DNA from: Candidatus Bathyarchaeota archaeon
GTDB lineage: Archaea; Thermoproteota; Bathyarchaeia; Bathyarchaeales; Bathycorpusculaceae
Direction of reading: 5' to 3'
Length of the DNA: 64,000 bases
Assembly: GCA_963768425.1 (NCBI GenBank)
Contig: CAVYHV010000008.1
Location: 128,001-192,000 of the forward strand
Positions within the stretch are counted from its first letter, which is position 1. Each line of letters starts with the position of its first letter. Of this stretch, positions 1-8,808 are shown piece after piece. A program made the translations under genes and the position numbers. The notes beneath the pieces are model-generated. The model did no database searches. It saw only the letters and a list, made by a program, of their open reading frames with translations, and was not told where the DNA came from.

Positions 1-70
1 AGATAGAACCCAAAAAACTTATTACACAAATGCTCTTTATGCAAGAGTCTAACTGAGGGCAAAGAGAATA

Positions 71-724
71 TTGAACGCTGTTATGTTTGGGCCGCCAGGC
101 GCAGGAAAAGGCACCTATGCAAGTAGGCTCCATGAAAAACTTGGCATTGAAACAATCGCGACAGGCGACATTTTCCGCGAATTAATCAAGAAAGACACGG
201 AACTGGGCAGGAAAGTCAAGGCTTACATGGAAAAAGGGCTTTTGGTCCCGGACGAAATAGTGACAGAGGTGCTAAAGGAACGTTTAAGCCATATTCCAAA
301 AGGAAAAGGCTTCATTCTGGATGGGTACCCACGCACATTTGAACAAGCTAAAGCCTTAGAAGTCGTGACCAAAATTGACGTTATTCTGATGCTTGACGTT
401 CCCGACTGGATAATCATAGAACGCCTCTCTAGTCGCAGGATATGCCGCAATTGCGGAACCGTCTACAACACTCGCTTCCTCAAGTCGAAGATTGAAGCAG
501 TCTGCGACAAATGCGAAGGTCCTCTGTATCAACGTTCGGACGACAATCCTGAAGTCATAAAGAAAAGGCTTCAGGTCTACAAGGAACAGGCAAAGCCGCT
601 GCTGGAGTACTTTGAGAAGAAGAAAGTGCCTTTTGTAATCTCCAAAACCACTAATCTTGATCAGCCGCCAGAACCAGTTGTTGATAACATGATTGAGGAA
701 CTGAAAAAACGAAAGTTCGTCTAA
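71..724 (+). CDS. adk: Adenylate kinase (long, Zn-lid type)
   Basis: P-loop GPPGAGKGT, TGDIFR, GFILDGYPR, lid CRNC...CDKC, QRSDD. Confidence 0.95.
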   Translation: MNAVMFGPPGAGKGTYASRLHEKLGIETIATGDIFRELIKKDTELGRKVKAYMEKGLLVPDEIVTEVLKERLSHIPKGKGFILDGYPRTFEQAKALEVVTKIDVILMLDVPDWIIIERLSSRRICRNCGTVYNTRFLKSKIEAVCDKCEGPLYQRSDDNPEVIKKRLQVYKEQAKPLLEYFEKKKVPFVISKTTNLDQPPEPVVDNMIEELKKRKFV

Positions 725-1170
725 ATATCCAAAATAAACTCTAAAACAGCGCTGTCCTTTTCTCGGATAATCATCATTCTATGGTAAGTTACAGCTTTGA
801 CGCCGACTTTCTGAGGGTGCTTCTGTGCGTCATATTTTTCGCCCCAAATTTTTGCTTTAAACGTGAAGTTTTCTTCGGTTTCTTTCCAGTCGGTTATTTC
901 AAATTTGGAGTAAAACATCCCTTCGGTTTCGAACTTTACAAGCAGGTTTTCCAGCCAATTGTAAAGCAGCGCATATTGGTCTTCCGCTTCCACCTCAAGG
1001 TTTTCCTGCTTGGTTTGAGCAATTTTGTCAGTGTCAGTCATAACCTCAAACATTGCAAGCGCAGAGTTTGCGTAAGCTTCCTCCATGCTTTTCCCAAAAG
1101 CTCGAATGTAGACGTCTGCAGTGTGTTCTAAGAACTCGAATTTTCCGGCGAATTTTTGAGGAGTATCCAT
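721..1170 (-). CDS. Archease
   Basis: FEFLEHTADV N-terminus, VKAVTYH, C-terminal FILDI. Confidence 0.93.
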   Translation of the reverse strand: MDTPQKFAGKFEFLEHTADVYIRAFGKSMEEAYANSALAMFEVMTDTDKIAQTKQENLEVEAEDQYALLYNWLENLLVKFETEGMFYSKFEITDWKETEENFTFKAKIWGEKYDAQKHPQKVGVKAVTYHRMMIIREKDSAVLEFILDI

Positions 1171-1238
1171 TTTAGCGCGTCACTATCTAATCAATGGTGT
1201 TGAAGAGCTAAAAACACTTTCGATGGAAGCCTGGAGGC

Positions 1239-2288
1239 TTAAAAGTATCGTGAGGTCCTTTGTATGGCGGCAACTGTTAGTTTCGCCGAGTTTTCAATGT
1301 CCTTCAAGCTTAGCATCCCAACGGGACTGTGGATGTAGCGTGTTCCAATCGATATGTTGCCGCTTGGGATTCCCTGCCTTGTTAGGGAAATGCGTGCAGC
1401 ATCCGTTGAACCCATCAATCCTGTTTCAATTTGGAAAGGAATTTTTTCTTCGCCCGCCGAATCCAAAAGCCAACGCAGAACCTTCGGGTGCGTAATCAGA
1501 CCCGAATCTGAAATTGTTACTGCAGGACCATTTCCCATTTTGACGCTTGCGTCATATTCTCTTACCCCTGGAACGTCGCCCGCTATCGTTACATCGAGAG
1601 CTATCGCCACATCAGGGTCAATATTGAAAGCTGCCGCGCCGGCGCCCCGCAAACCTACTTCTTCCTGAACGGTTCCAACGGCATAGACAGTGTAATCGGT
1701 CTTTCCTAACAGCTTAAGCGTTTCAACCATCGCGGCGCAGCCTGCTCGGTTATCGAAAGCTTTGCCTAAGGCAACATCTCTACCTAACGGTACATATTTT
1801 ATGTTAAAACCGACAGGATCGCCTACTGCAACTCCCATCGCTAAAGCATCTTCGCGGTTTTCTGCTCCCACATCAATGAAGAGCTCGTCCGACGTGATAA
1901 TTTTTTTGCGTTCTTCCTCTTTTTGGATGTGGGGCGGTTTTGAGCCGATTATGCCTGGGAAAGAGTCTTTTTTAGAAAAGACTGTAACCATTTGAGCGGG
2001 TAAGATGCGGTCATCAATTCCGCCCATCTTGGCGAACTGTAAAAAGCCATCTTTCGTGATTGTCTTCACCATTAACCCGACTTCATCCATGTGAGCGGCG
2101 AGCATTATTTTAGTCGACTTTTCTTTCCCTTTTTTTATGCCCACTACGTTTTCAAGTTTATCAACAATTATTTCGTCAACGTAAGGCGTCATGAGCCTGA
2201 TCATTAACTCACGAACCTCGCTTTCTCTGCCCGTGACACCGCAGGCGTTCGAAAGCTTTTCTAAATTTTCATGTAAAGACAAGTGCAT
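1239..2288 (-). CDS. M42 family (TET-like) aminopeptidase
   Basis: AAHMDEVG, KAFDNRAG, QEEVGLRGA, TRYIHSP metal-binding motifs. Confidence 0.93.
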   Translation of the reverse strand: MHLSLHENLEKLSNACGVTGRESEVRELMIRLMTPYVDEIIVDKLENVVGIKKGKEKSTKIMLAAHMDEVGLMVKTITKDGFLQFAKMGGIDDRILPAQMVTVFSKKDSFPGIIGSKPPHIQKEEERKKIITSDELFIDVGAENREDALAMGVAVGDPVGFNIKYVPLGRDVALGKAFDNRAGCAAMVETLKLLGKTDYTVYAVGTVQEEVGLRGAGAAAFNIDPDVAIALDVTIAGDVPGVREYDASVKMGNGPAVTISDSGLITHPKVLRWLLDSAGEEKIPFQIETGLMGSTDAARISLTRQGIPSGNISIGTRYIHSPVGMLSLKDIENSAKLTVAAIQRTSRYF

Positions 2289-2594
2289 GATCCTCGTTCA
2301 AAGTTTATCTGAATACAACTTTGAGGGTGATGTTATTAAAAAATTACGGTTGACAGCCCCATCATGCATGGCTCTTAGAACAAAATGCCTCTTTCTCGAT
2401 TTCAACTAACTTTTTCATACCAAATCAAGATTAACGCTTACTGCGTTTTTAGCGCGGGTTCAATTCCCCGTTCTTCAACCCAAAATCATAGATCGGCAAA
2501 ATCAATTCAATAGTTTTCCAAAAAATATCGAATATGACAACTTTTAAATGCTCAACAAACATAAAATTCCTACTAAATAAGGGGTAAATTCAAA

Positions 2595-3482
2595 TTGTCA
2601 GAAATGCAACAACAACCGACTCCGAGAAAGATTGGAATTTTCAAGTGTGGAAACATTGGGACGTCACCTTGTCTCGAGCTTCTATTGGATGAATTAGCTG
2701 ACAGAAAAGACATCAAGGTTCGGACTGTAACGACGGGTTCAAAGATGGGAGCCGACGATGTCGAAGAAGCCCTGCCTAAAATCTTTGAATTTAATCCTGA
2801 AGTCATGGTTATAATTTCGCCTAACACCGCGTTGCCTGGTCCCTCTAAAGCACGGGAAGCCGTGGCAAGCAGAAAGCTGCCTGGAATTGTTATAACCGAT
2901 TCTCCCGGCAAACGTGTCAAAGGAGACATTGAAAAACAGGGTCTAGGCTACATTATAATCACAGGTGATCCGCTTATCGGGGCAAGAAAAGAGTTTTTAG
3001 ACCCAATTGAAATGGCAATTTTTAACTCGAACATAAACAAAGTCCTTGCAATAACAGGCGTCTATAGGATTGTGTACCAGGAGATTGACAAAGTCATTTA
3101 CGCCATCGAAGCCGGATTGCCTCCAATACTGCCCAAGGTAGTTATCGACATTACAACCATTAGAGATCAAAACTTCTTTAACAACCCCTACGCGAAAGCT
3201 AAAGCAATCGCAGCCTACGGAATGGCTGAGAAAGTCGCCGACATAAACACCTTAGCATGCTTCATGGAGAAAGAACATGAAAAATACATTCCATTAGTGG
3301 CCTCCGCCCACGAGGTGGCTCAAGCGGCTGCTAGGCTGGCTGAAGAAGCACGGGAAATCGAGAAGTACACTGATGAAGTGTTGAGGAAGCCTCACGCGAA
3401 GGACGGGAAGCTGAAATATAAGACTAAGCTGATGGCACAACCGATTCTTGATGAGGAGAGCTATAGCCAAAACAATCCCTAA
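2595..3482 (+). CDS. mtd: F420-dependent methylene-tetrahydromethanopterin dehydrogenase
   Basis: KIGIFKCGNIGTS, LLDELADRKDI, GSKM, SPN..LPGP, DPLIGARKEFLDPIEMAIFN, ASAHE, C-terminal RKPH. Confidence 0.93.
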   Translation: MSEMQQQPTPRKIGIFKCGNIGTSPCLELLLDELADRKDIKVRTVTTGSKMGADDVEEALPKIFEFNPEVMVIISPNTALPGPSKAREAVASRKLPGIVITDSPGKRVKGDIEKQGLGYIIITGDPLIGARKEFLDPIEMAIFNSNINKVLAITGVYRIVYQEIDKVIYAIEAGLPPILPKVVIDITTIRDQNFFNNPYAKAKAIAAYGMAEKVADINTLACFMEKEHEKYIPLVASAHEVAQAAARLAEEAREIEKYTDEVLRKPHAKDGKLKYKTKLMAQPILDEESYSQNNP

Positions 3483-3881
3483 ACTTTTTCCTAACTTTTC
3501 TTTTCTTAAAATCCTTTCAAGAGTCCATATCCAAGGCGGGTACGGATGATGTACTGCCGCAGTATTCGAAAATCAAATCAGAAAGGTCTCCCGCCGAGGA
3601 GGTAGGTTCTTTCTTGTGTGTACAAGCCGACCGGTCGGGTCGATGCGTATACAATTTGTATATACACTTTGCATATACAGTGAGCAAGCGGACGCCTAAA
3701 AAATTAAGACTTTAGATTTAATCCCCAACTCTATGAAAGCTTCAAACATGCTGTATATGCGGTATATGTAGATATATTCGAAGTTGGCTATGTGTATATA
3801 CCATATATAACTTTACATAGCGTATTTCGGCTAAGTATATATCCGCGGTTGCTCTCTTCTGAAAGGCAGAGGTTAACAAAC

Positions 3882-5597
3882 ATGGAAACTCTCGAACTAA
3901 AACCTTTAGAAAAGAAGAAATTCAACGTCTTACTGCTGGAAAAAGAGTACAACGAACAATTCTGGGTAACCGAGCCGCCAGCAAACTCGAACTCACTCAA
4001 AGCATTGCAAAAGCCGTCAATAGGGTTCTACAAATTTCTCGAAAACCTAGTTAGCAAAGTCAACGTTGACTTCGTCACTGATGAGCTGGGCAACCGTTCC
4101 AAATTAGACTTCGACGGAAGCATTAGCACTGACATTTTACACAAAAGCAACATCCCATACTTCGCTGTAGAAATGGACGCAACCGCGAAAGACTACATCG
4201 GAGACGTTATCGCTAAGAAAATAAACTCACTAAATGACTTGTTAAAAGCTTTGGACAATCTGCCAAAGCAAAAAACCGATTCAATGGAAAAAGAATACTT
4301 GATCGCTCTCGGCCAAAGTCTCCAATTCGAGATAGAAGAGCATCAAAAAGAAGTAAACTTCTCGATTAGAGAGAGCTGGCTAGCAATGGGTATTCTGAAT
4401 CACGCAAGAGAAATCAAAGGCAAAGAAGAAATTACCTGTCTTCATATCTGCAGTCCCGAGCACATGACCGGCATAAAGCAGATACTTGAATCAATGAATG
4501 CAAAAGTTGAGACTGCGAAGCTCTCAAAGAAAGTTATCGCGGCAAGCACAGAAGTACCTTCCTCTCACGAGATGGAAAACTGGTTGGAGTCAATCCAAAT
4601 CCAAGTTAAACCAACAATGGGCAAAAGCGCAGAAGAAGCACCATACCTGCTATTCTACATCGACACAGACGTTAAAGCAAGTCCATTCGACATCTGCATG
4701 GCATACGACGTCGGCTACGACGCAGTCATACCCTACGAAAACGTAAATCCGGAAGACGCAAAAAACATCACTCAAGATGCCTTGCTTTCCAGAGGACCCA
4801 AAGGAGTTAAACACACAGCTTTCATGATCGGCGGAAAAAACGCTGAACGAAGCGAAGAAGTCTTTCAAGCAGTAAAAGACTCAATGTTCCCACCATTCAA
4901 AACAAGCATAATAATTGACCCAGCAGGCGCCTACACCACCGCAGCAGCAATGGTTGCAAAAGCAGAAAACGCATTGGTCACATACAAACTTGGCGAGCTA
5001 AAAGACAAAACATGCGCCATCATGGGAACCGGTGCAGTCGGCCAAATCGCTGCAGTCCTTCTCGCTAAAATGGGCTGCAAAGTTATGATTGCCAGCCTGA
5101 ACCCGAAACGTGCTGACGGAAAAGAGCATGCAGAAAGCATTGGGAAGCTACTTGCCAAAGACCACGGAGTTCAAGTGCAAGGCGTATTCGCACCGACACC
5201 AGCTTCAAAAACCGAGATTATACAGAAAGCTGACGTAATCATGTGCGCTGGAGTCAAAGGCGTCCGCATTATCGACAAAGAAATGCTCAGAGAAATAAAA
5301 CACATGAAGCTCCTACTTGACATAAACGCGGTTCCACCCTTCGGCGTAGAAGGAATCGAGCTCAAAGATGACATGAAAGAAATGCTACCTGGCATATTCG
5401 TAATCGGCGCTCTGAGCGTAGGCGACTTGAAACACAAAGTGGAGAAAGAAATGCTGCGAGATGCACGAAGCAACGGAAAAGAAGTCTATAACTTTAACGT
5501 AGCATTGCCAATGGCAAGAAAAATGTTGGAAAAAGATCTACTACCTTCGAAGCTGGCAATGACGCTGAATTATCAATCGACAAAGAAACCCGCATAG
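3882..5597 (+). CDS. NAD(P)-dependent methylene-H4MPT dehydrogenase (MtdA/MtdB family) fused to an N-terminal ~250 aa TraB/ChaN-like domain
   Basis: C-terminal half: SPFDICMAYDVGYD, SRGPKG, DPAGAYTTAAAMVA, GTGAVG, DINAVPPFGVEG, GALSVGDLK. ATG at 3882 follows GAGGTT; the ORF-track start at 3792 is probably too long. Confidence 0.88.
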   Translation: METLELKPLEKKKFNVLLLEKEYNEQFWVTEPPANSNSLKALQKPSIGFYKFLENLVSKVNVDFVTDELGNRSKLDFDGSISTDILHKSNIPYFAVEMDATAKDYIGDVIAKKINSLNDLLKALDNLPKQKTDSMEKEYLIALGQSLQFEIEEHQKEVNFSIRESWLAMGILNHAREIKGKEEITCLHICSPEHMTGIKQILESMNAKVETAKLSKKVIAASTEVPSSHEMENWLESIQIQVKPTMGKSAEEAPYLLFYIDTDVKASPFDICMAYDVGYDAVIPYENVNPEDAKNITQDALLSRGPKGVKHTAFMIGGKNAERSEEVFQAVKDSMFPPFKTSIIIDPAGAYTTAAAMVAKAENALVTYKLGELKDKTCAIMGTGAVGQIAAVLLAKMGCKVMIASLNPKRADGKEHAESIGKLLAKDHGVQVQGVFAPTPASKTEIIQKADVIMCAGVKGVRIIDKEMLREIKHMKLLLDINAVPPFGVEGIELKDDMKEMLPGIFVIGALSVGDLKHKVEKEMLRDARSNGKEVYNFNVALPMARKMLEKDLLPSKLAMTLNYQSTKKPA

Positions 5598-5622
5598 GGT
5601 ATCTTTCTTTTTTATGTCTTTT

Positions 5623-6642
5623 TTATGTAGGAACTTTGAACGCGTGGTTCACGGTAACTTCCGCGATGTTTGCTGCATAGAAAGCAATTCTTTTTATGTC
5701 CTCTCGGATCGAACATACCGCGCAAATCAACTCGGGTTTCTTGTTGCTTATGAAAGTTGTGCTTGCTATTTCTTGATCTAGTTTTTCAATTCTCTTGGTT
5801 TGTTTCATTATTTCAACTGAAAAGTCAGGGTCGTGTTGGAAGAAAGCGTTGACGGCTTTAATGTATAAATCGACTACCTCCGTTCCTTCATCGACTATAA
5901 GCTCCAACAAGTTGGAGGGTATTTTTTCTCCAGTTCCATCTATCATGATGATGTGTTTGGCTATATCTGCCACATAGTCTGCGGCATGTTCGATGAGCAC
6001 GGAGAGGTATTGGTAGTCCATGCAGTCAAGGGGGTCCAAACGCAGTTCGTTTGCTAGAACTGGACTTTGAGCTGCGTTTCGTAGTATTCTAAGGATGAGG
6101 AAGTGGAATTGATCGACGTCGTCATCAAGTGAAAAAACAGATTTTGCAAGTGTGACGTCGTTGTTCTTCAGAGCTGTGAAAACATCCTCGCACATGGAGT
6201 AGGATATCAGATGCATTCTTTGCACTGCTTGGTCAAGTGAAGCTTTTGATTCGTCAGTTAGCGTTTGAAGGTAAACTCCTCTTGAATCCGACTCCATTAT
6301 TCTCATGTAAAGCCTACCTGCGATGTACCGTATAGCTTTCCTTTGAGGAACAGAGAGGATTTTTTCTGCTATGAGCGTGATTCCCGAATACCCGTTCAAG
6401 AATGACCCAATGATTTTTTGCGTTATTAATGTTTCATCATCGTTGTGTCCTATCTTAATTGTTGTCTCTTTGGGCTGCGACTTTTTCTCAGCCCCAGGAT
6501 AAACAACTAATGATCGGTCGCGTTGGATTGCGTACGAAACGACATCTCCCTTGTTTAGTTCGTTTAGTGTCATCCAGTTTTTTGGAAGAGAAATCACCAT
6601 TGAGGATCTGCCTAACGACATTATTCTGCGTTCCATAGTCAT
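5623..6642 (-). CDS. AbrB-PhoU family phosphate uptake regulator
   Basis: N-terminal AbrB/SpoVT motif RRIMSLGRSSMVISLPKNW, then two PhoU repeats (DDDVDQF, EHAADY, KRIAFYAANIAE). Confidence 0.9.
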   Translation of the reverse strand: MTMERRIMSLGRSSMVISLPKNWMTLNELNKGDVVSYAIQRDRSLVVYPGAEKKSQPKETTIKIGHNDDETLITQKIIGSFLNGYSGITLIAEKILSVPQRKAIRYIAGRLYMRIMESDSRGVYLQTLTDESKASLDQAVQRMHLISYSMCEDVFTALKNNDVTLAKSVFSLDDDVDQFHFLILRILRNAAQSPVLANELRLDPLDCMDYQYLSVLIEHAADYVADIAKHIIMIDGTGEKIPSNLLELIVDEGTEVVDLYIKAVNAFFQHDPDFSVEIMKQTKRIEKLDQEIASTTFISNKKPELICAVCSIREDIKRIAFYAANIAEVTVNHAFKVPT

Positions 6643-6805
6643 GCCACCAACATACTTACAACTCTTTCATGAGTTAATACGTCACGTATTTAATATATAC
6701 TGTATTATCAAGTAGAATTTTTCCTGCCTTTTCACTATTGCGTCATCCAGTCATGGCAGCCCGATGCAACCTGCCTTAGAACTAAAACAAAGTTTTGGAA
6801 AGAAG

Positions 6806-7966
6806 TTAGAAAGCCTTGTTTATTCTTTCGCAGGCTTCAATTATGCGTTCTTTCGGCTGCGTAAAAGTTATCCTCACATAGCCCTCGCCGAATTTCCCAA
6901 AGCCAATTCCCGGCGTCACAGCTACTCCAGCATCAAGCAGTTTAGTGGCGAACTTCATTGAGTCGCCTTTGCAGTTTGCCCAGACATAGAATGTCGCTTT
7001 GGGTTTTTCGCATTTGTAACCGATTTTGCAGAGAGTTTCAATCAATAGGTCGCGGCGTTCCTGAAGAATTTGATTGTTTTTTCTTAGGAATTCTGGTGGT
7101 TCTTTGCCCTTGTACGATGCTAAGGCCTTGACCGCGACTTTTTGAGTGTAGACTGGTGGCCCCGAATCTATCTGTGATTTGACTTTGGCTAAGCCGCCCA
7201 CAAGGCGCTTATTTCCCACAGCGAAGCCGATGCGGTCGCCTGTCACGTTAAAGGTTTTCGAGAGCGAATGGAACTCAACGGCAACGTCCATGGAACCATC
7301 AACTTCCAGGATGCTGGGTGCCTGGTATCCGTCATAGGTTATTTCTGAGTAAGCGTTGTCGTAGCAGAGAATTATGTTGTTGTCTTTCGCGAAGTCCACG
7401 GCTTTCTTCAAGAATTTCTTGTCGACAGTGGCTGCAGTGGGGTTGTTAGGGTAGTTAAGGAACATCATCTTTGCGCCCTTGGCATCGATGGATTCGAAGT
7501 CAGGTTGGAAACTGTTCTTCTCCAGAAGAGGAATCGGAACCACTATACCGTCGCAGAGGATTGTGCTCCCGTTAGCGTAGACTGGGTAGCCTGGGTCAGG
7601 GACCAAAACGCGATCTCCTGGATTTATAAATGCTCGGGCGATGTTTGCTAACCCTTCTTTTGAGCCTAAAAGAGCCACCACTTGATCTTGTGTTAAATCA
7701 ACATTAAACCGCTCCTTGTACCAGCTTGCGACTGCTTCCCGGAAGTCTGGTTCGCCTTGGCTGAACGAGTAGTTGTGGTTCTTAGGGTTAGTTGCCTCTT
7801 GCTTGAACGTTTCAATAATGAATTGTGGCGGCGGCAAGTCGGGATCACCGATGCTTAGGGAAATCAAGTCCACTCCTAGCGCCTTCTTTTCTTTGATGTT
7901 TTTTTCAATTTCAGCAAACAAGTATGGTGGTAACCGTTTAATTCTTTCAGCGTAGTCAAACGTCAT
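6806..7966 (-). CDS. dapL: LL-diaminopimelate aminotransferase
   Basis: RIKRLPPYLFAEI, GSKEG, NYPNNPT, DNAYSE, SLSKTFNVTGDRIG; last gene of the DAP operon. Confidence 0.85.
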   Translation of the reverse strand: MTFDYAERIKRLPPYLFAEIEKNIKEKKALGVDLISLSIGDPDLPPPQFIIETFKQEATNPKNHNYSFSQGEPDFREAVASWYKERFNVDLTQDQVVALLGSKEGLANIARAFINPGDRVLVPDPGYPVYANGSTILCDGIVVPIPLLEKNSFQPDFESIDAKGAKMMFLNYPNNPTAATVDKKFLKKAVDFAKDNNIILCYDNAYSEITYDGYQAPSILEVDGSMDVAVEFHSLSKTFNVTGDRIGFAVGNKRLVGGLAKVKSQIDSGPPVYTQKVAVKALASYKGKEPPEFLRKNNQILQERRDLLIETLCKIGYKCEKPKATFYVWANCKGDSMKFATKLLDAGVAVTPGIGFGKFGEGYVRITFTQPKERIIEACERINKAF

Positions 7967-7968
7967 GT

Positions 7969-8808
7969 CTATGCCTCGTCAAACAGGGTTCCTTCAAAGA
8001 CTTTCTTTGCTTCTCCGCTCAAGAAAAGCTTTCCTGCATCTACTTCAACTTTCAGACAGCCACCTATCAAGTGAACTGTAACTTTATCCCCAACTTTTCC
8101 AAGCCTGTTTGCGGCAGCTACCGAGGCGCAGGTTCCCGTCCCGCAAGCGAAGGTTTCTCCGCAGCCACGTTCCCAAACCCGAATTTTCAGCTGGCTTGTG
8201 CTCAAGACTTGGACGAAGTCGACGTTGGTTCTTTTTGGAAAAACCTTGTTATTTTCAATGATTGATCCGATTTCTTCAACTGGGAAATTGTCCACGTTGT
8301 CGACGAATATGACGCAGTGTGGGTTGCCAATTGAAAGGCAGGTGACCTTGAAGACTTCTTCGTCAACTTCAAAGTTTTCGTTTACGCAGGTTCCTTCCCC
8401 GACCATGGGCAGAGAGTTTCTTTCCCAATTAGGTTTGCCCATATCAACCTTGACAGCCTCCACAACGTTTCCTTTTACTGTTAGCATGACAAGTTTGACG
8501 CCTGAGAGAGTTTCAACATAGAACTCTTCTTTTTTGACTATGCCGGTTTCGAAGCAGTATTTGGCAAAGCATCTTATTCCGTTGCCGCACATCTCAGCTT
8601 CGGATCCGTCAGCGTTGAAAATCCTCATCTTGGCGTCAGCCGATTTAGACTCTGAAAGCAAGAGTAGCCCGTCTGCACCTATTGAAAAGCGGCGTTCACA
8701 AAGATGCTTTGCCAAATTCGAAGCTTGGCGGCTGTTGATGTCGTTGTCCCTGTTGTCGACTACAATATAGTCGTTACCTAAGCCATGCATCTTCCAGAAC
8801 CGCATCAA
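7969..8808 (-). CDS. dapF: Diaminopimelate epimerase
   Basis: KMHGLGNDY, NADGSEAEMCGNGIRC, GNPHCV, ERGCGETFACGTG. Confidence 0.97.
   Translation of the reverse strand: MMRFWKMHGLGNDYIVVDNRDNDINSRQASNLAKHLCERRFSIGADGLLLLSESKSADAKMRIFNADGSEAEMCGNGIRCFAKYCFETGIVKKEEFYVETLSGVKLVMLTVKGNVVEAVKVDMGKPNWERNSLPMVGEGTCVNENFEVDEEVFKVTCLSIGNPHCVIFVDNVDNFPVEEIGSIIENNKVFPKRTNVDFVQVLSTSQLKIRVWERGCGETFACGTGTCASVAAANRLGKVGDKVTVHLIGGCLKVEVDAGKLFLSGEAKKVFEGTLFDEA

Noticed and set aside
2454-2470. GCGGGTTCAATTCCCC resembles a tRNA T-arm
   Set aside because: Only 3 bp of stem, with no acceptor, D or anticodon arm around it; not a tRNA or a convincing att site.
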